A stretch of 64,000 bases of DNA from an uncultured Acidobacteriota bacterium (GTDB taxonomy: Bacteria; Acidobacteriota; Thermoanaerobaculia; UBA5066), in assembly GCA_963779415.1 (NCBI GenBank), contig CAVZYA010000002.1, forward strand, positions 832,001 through 896,000, given 5' to 3'. The position numbers were made by a program, and so were the translations under genes. The notes below the pieces were generated by a model. It saw nothing but the letters and a program-made list of their open reading frames with translations, ran no database searches and was not told the origin of the DNA. This document shows, one piece after another, positions 60,524 through 64,000 of the stretch (positions are counted from its first letter, which is position 1; each line of letters begins with the position of its first letter).

Positions 60524-61627
60524 ATGGGCAAGCTCTTCCGGCTCCTCCTCGTCCTTCTCGTCCTGGTCGGCGCGGCGACCGGCGTCTACGCCTTCACGAG
60601 GTCGCAGAAGAAGGAGAACGGCCTGAAGCTCGTCGAGGCCACGGTCGGCTCCATCACGGAGAAGGCGGTCGCCGTCGGCCAGATCCAGCCGCGCCAGAAA
60701 TTCAGCGTGAAATCGAAGATCTCCGGCATCGTGAAGAGCTGCCGGATCGAGGTGGGCGACTTCGTGAAGGCGGGCGATTCGCTCTTCGAGATCGCCCCCG
60801 ATCCGACTCCCCTCGAGCAGACGGAGGTGGATCGGCAGGTCGACTCGGCGCAGGCCTCCTTCGTTCGGGCGAAGGTCGATTTCGAGCGCGCGGTGGAGCT
60901 CCAACGGCAGGGGATCATCCCGAAGTCGGACGTCGACAGCCGCCGCGAGTCGTACGAGCTCGCGAAGATCGCGCTCGAGAAGGCCCAGCAGAACCGGGCC
61001 CTGACGCGAAGCGGCCGGGTCGTGACCGCCAGCGCCGACATCGACTCGATCATCCGGGCTCCCTCCGCCGGGACGATCCTGACGCGCATGGTGAACCCCG
61101 GCGACCCGGTCGTCCCGCTCACGTCGTACCAGCCCGGGACCGAGATGGCGACGATCGCGGACATGAAGGACCTGATCTTCAAGGGGACCGTCGACGAGAT
61201 CGACGTCGGCAAGCTGCGCGTGGGGATGCTCGCCCGGATCAAGGTCGGCGCGCTCCCGACCGACGTCGTCACGGGACACGTCTCGCGGATCGCGCCGCAG
61301 GCGCAGCAGAAGGAGGGTGCGACGCTCTTCGACGTGGAGATCGAGCTCGACCCGTCGGCCGGCGTCACGCTCCGGGCGGGCTACTCGGCGAACGCCGACC
61401 TGATCATCCGCGAGAAGAAGGAGATCCTGACGATCCCCGAACGACTCGTCATCTTCGAGGACGGCGGGAAGAAGACCTTCGTCGAGCTTCCGGCGGAAAA
61501 CCCCAAGGCCGAGCCGAAGAAGGTCTCCGTGAAGATCGGTATCTCCGATGGCCTCAACGTGGAAGTCCTCGAAGGGTTGAAAAAGGGGGACAAAGTCGTG
61601 CAGAGACCCCCGAAGGAGATTTCTTAG
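60524..61627 (+). CDS. MacA-like periplasmic adaptor subunit
   Basis: N-terminal anchor, VKSKISG, IRAPSAG, VDEIDVGK, GISDG..VEVLEGLKKGDKV. Confidence 0.88.
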   Translation: MGKLFRLLLVLLVLVGAATGVYAFTRSQKKENGLKLVEATVGSITEKAVAVGQIQPRQKFSVKSKISGIVKSCRIEVGDFVKAGDSLFEIAPDPTPLEQTEVDRQVDSAQASFVRAKVDFERAVELQRQGIIPKSDVDSRRESYELAKIALEKAQQNRALTRSGRVVTASADIDSIIRAPSAGTILTRMVNPGDPVVPLTSYQPGTEMATIADMKDLIFKGTVDEIDVGKLRVGMLARIKVGALPTDVVTGHVSRIAPQAQQKEGATLFDVEIELDPSAGVTLRAGYSANADLIIREKKEILTIPERLVIFEDGGKKTFVELPAENPKAEPKKVSVKIGISDGLNVEVLEGLKKGDKVVQRPPKEIS

Positions 61628-61652
61628 AAGGGTGAGTGAGGCAGGCTGATCG

Positions 61653-62885
61653 ATGGAGACTCTGAAGGAGGTTCTCCTCCAGCTTCACCGGGATCTCCGG
61701 AGCCAGAAGCTCCGGACCTTCCTGACGGTCTTCGGTCTCGTCTGGGGAACCGTCGCCGTGACGCTTCTCCTCGCGTTCGGGACGGGCCTCAAGAAGCAGC
61801 TCGTCAAGAGCACGGCGGGGCTCGGCGACCGCATCTGCATCGCGTGGCCGGGGCTGACCTCGATCCCGTATCAGGGTCTCGGAAAAGGGCGGCGGATCCG
61901 GCTGACGGAGGAGGACATCGACTTCGTCCGCGCGCGCGCCGAGGGGATCCGCGGCATCTCGAGCGAGTACTCGGAGACGGTGAAGCTCCATTACGCGCTG
62001 AAGACCTGGCCGGTCGACGTCTCCGGCGTCTCGGCCGACTTCGGCTGGATGCGAAACCTGATCCCGGAGGAGGGGGGGCGCTTCCTCAACCCGATCGACA
62101 TGGACGAGCAGCGACGGGTCGTCTTTCTGGGGGACAAGCTGGCGAAGAACATCTTCGGGAGCGAGCCGGCCGTCGGGAAGACCGTGATGATGTGGAACTC
62201 GCCTTTCCTCGTCGTCGGGGTCCTGATTCCGAAGGAGCAGGACTCGAGCTACAGCGGGCGCGACAACGACAAGGCCACCATCCCGGGGACGACCTTCCGG
62301 GCTTTGACCGGCGACAAGTACGTCAACAACGTCATCTATCAGCCGGACCCGGCGATCAGCTCGAAGAAGGTGAACGAGAACGTCCTCGCCTCCCTCGGGG
62401 CGAAGAAGAAGTTCGACCCGAAGGACAAGGAGGCGCTTTCGGTCTGGGACACGACGGAGGAGTTCGCCTTCTTCGACACGTTCATGCTCGCCTTCAACCT
62501 CTTCCTCGGGATCGTCGGGTCGCTGACGCTCGTCGTCGGCGGAATCGGCGTCTCGAACATCATGAACGTCGTCGTCGAGGAGCGGACGAAGGAGATCGGG
62601 ATCAAGATGGCCCTCGGGGCCCGACAGGGCTTCATCCTGAAGCAGTTCCTCCTCGAGACTCTCCTGATCACGGCGATCGGCGGGGCCATCGGCTTCGCCA
62701 TCTCGCTCGCGATCTGCGCCGTCTTCCCGAAGGCGGGTCTCACCGAGTACGTCGGCATCCCGGAGGTGTCGCTCCCGGTCGCCACCATCACGACGGCCGT
62801 CCTCGGGACGATCGGCCTCCTCGCCGGCTGGTTCCCCGCCCGGGCCGCGTCGCGCCTCGATCCGGTCGTGGCGATGAAGCTGTAG
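61653..62885 (+). CDS. MacB-like ABC transporter permease
   Basis: RTFLTVFGLVWG, GRF, VGGIGVSNIM, ERTKEIGIKMALGA, PARAASRLDPV. Confidence 0.9.
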   Translation: METLKEVLLQLHRDLRSQKLRTFLTVFGLVWGTVAVTLLLAFGTGLKKQLVKSTAGLGDRICIAWPGLTSIPYQGLGKGRRIRLTEEDIDFVRARAEGIRGISSEYSETVKLHYALKTWPVDVSGVSADFGWMRNLIPEEGGRFLNPIDMDEQRRVVFLGDKLAKNIFGSEPAVGKTVMMWNSPFLVVGVLIPKEQDSSYSGRDNDKATIPGTTFRALTGDKYVNNVIYQPDPAISSKKVNENVLASLGAKKKFDPKDKEALSVWDTTEEFAFFDTFMLAFNLFLGIVGSLTLVVGGIGVSNIMNVVVEERTKEIGIKMALGARQGFILKQFLLETLLITAIGGAIGFAISLAICAVFPKAGLTEYVGIPEVSLPVATITTAVLGTIGLLAGWFPARAASRLDPVVAMKL

Positions 62886-62895
62886 GAGCGTCGCC

Positions 62896-64000
62896 GTGAA
62901 CGTCGTTCTCCACCTCTTCCTCCAGTCGTCGCGGCTCGCGAAGAAGCGGGCGTTCCTGACGATTGCGTCGATCGCGTGGGGGACCGTTTCGATCCTCCTC
63001 CTCCTCTCGTTCGGCGAGGGGATGAAGCGGCAGTTCTCGAAGAACCGCAACTCGACCGGCGGGAACATCGCCGTCATGTGGCCGGCCGAGACGTCGAAAC
63101 CCTGGAAAGGGATGCCCCCCGGGCGGCCGATCCGTCTGACGCTCGACGACGTCGATTACGTGAGGGAACGGATGCCGGAGCTTCAGAGCGTCCTCGGCGA
63201 GGTCACCTCGTGGCGGACGAACCTCGCCTACGGGCCGAAGACGGTGAACGGCCGGGTGACCGGGACGCAGTCGGCCTACGGCGAGACGAGGCGCCACTAC
63301 GCCGTGGCCGGCGGGCGCTTCTTCAACGCGAACGACGAGGCCGAGAAGCGTCGCGTCCTCTTCCTCGGCGACGAGATGGCGAAGGATCTCTTCGGAAAGG
63401 AAGACCCCGTCGGCAAGACGCTCCTCGTCAACAACTCTCCCTTCACCGTCATCGGCGTCATGATCCACAAACGCCAGATGGGGGTCTACGGCGGCCCGGA
63501 CCAGAACCACGCCGTCATCCCCTCGTCGACGTTCAAGGCCCTTTTCGGGCGGGACCGGCTGAACGTCATCGTCATCGAGACCTGGCAGCCGGAGGAGATG
63601 GCGGGCGCGCTCCGACGCCTCAACGAGATCCTCGGGGCGAAGTACGGCTACGACCCGACCGACGAGAGGGCGCTCGCGACCTGGAACATCGTGAAGACGA
63701 GCCAGATCAACCGGAACGTCGTCCTCGGCCTCCAGCTCTTCCTCGGAATCATCGGCGTCCTGACGCTGATCATCGGGGGGGTCGGCGTGGCGAACATCAT
63801 GTACGCGGTCGTCAAGGAGCGAACGCGCGAGATCGGCGTGAAGATGGCGCTCGGGGCGCGGACGGCGTGGATCACGGGACCGTTCGTCCTCGAGGGGCTC
63901 GTCTACACGCTCCTCGGCGGCGCGGCCGGGATGTTCCTCGCCCTTCTGATCGTCACGCCGCTCGGATACGTTCCGATCGAGAAGAATGCGGTTCTCGAGT
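62896..64000 (+). CDS. Second MacB-like ABC permease, truncated at window edge
   Basis: Read manually: KRAFLTIASIAWG, GGRFFN, IGGVGVANIM, ERTREIGVKMALGA. Confidence 0.88.
   Translation, partial: MNVVLHLFLQSSRLAKKRAFLTIASIAWGTVSILLLLSFGEGMKRQFSKNRNSTGGNIAVMWPAETSKPWKGMPPGRPIRLTLDDVDYVRERMPELQSVLGEVTSWRTNLAYGPKTVNGRVTGTQSAYGETRRHYAVAGGRFFNANDEAEKRRVLFLGDEMAKDLFGKEDPVGKTLLVNNSPFTVIGVMIHKRQMGVYGGPDQNHAVIPSSTFKALFGRDRLNVIVIETWQPEEMAGALRRLNEILGAKYGYDPTDERALATWNIVKTSQINRNVVLGLQLFLGIIGVLTLIIGGVGVANIMYAVVKERTREIGVKMALGARTAWITGPFVLEGLVYTLLGGAAGMFLALLIVTPLGYVPIEKNAVLE

Noticed and set aside
61603-61673. Imperfect direct repeat GAGACCCCCGAAGGAGATT / GAGACTCTGAAGGAGGTT across a gene junction
   Set aside because: No cassette core between the copies, both lie in coding sequence, and chance is plausible.

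Overview
A very GC-rich chromosomal segment, probably from Acidobacteriota (Thermoanaerobaculia-like; inferred from gene content and a characteristic secreted PKD protein). It carries mostly housekeeping and metabolic genes: MeaB/methylmalonyl-CoA epimerase, aroF, carA, lolE-like permease, deoC with a split aldehyde dehydrogenase, Lon-like protease, a VapBC pair, fcl, ACAD plus phosphotransferase, penicillin acylase, tRNA-Ala(CGC), selenocysteine-containing selD, two Ser/Thr kinases, gcvTHP, DAK2-DegV, FadL, SGNH lipase, Pal, EF-P, an NfnB/NfnA-like fused flavoprotein, a histidine kinase, UvrD, an S9 peptidase and a MacAB-like exporter. Many conserved genes have single-base frameshifts that look like long-read errors. 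Main observations: (1) two copies of an unannotated 41-47 bp hairpin cassette, each placed just after a stop codon and followed, from the same boundary (CCCGGCGAGC), by a copy of the last codons of the upstream gene; (2) a candidate diderm lipid-scavenging cluster (fused FakAB-like kinase, FadL, secreted SGNH lipase); (3) a MeaB-epimerase fusion; (4) UGA-recoded SelD; (5) recurrent leaderless TANNNT promoters; (6) several deletion scars. No CRISPR array, rRNA or intact mobile element was seen.
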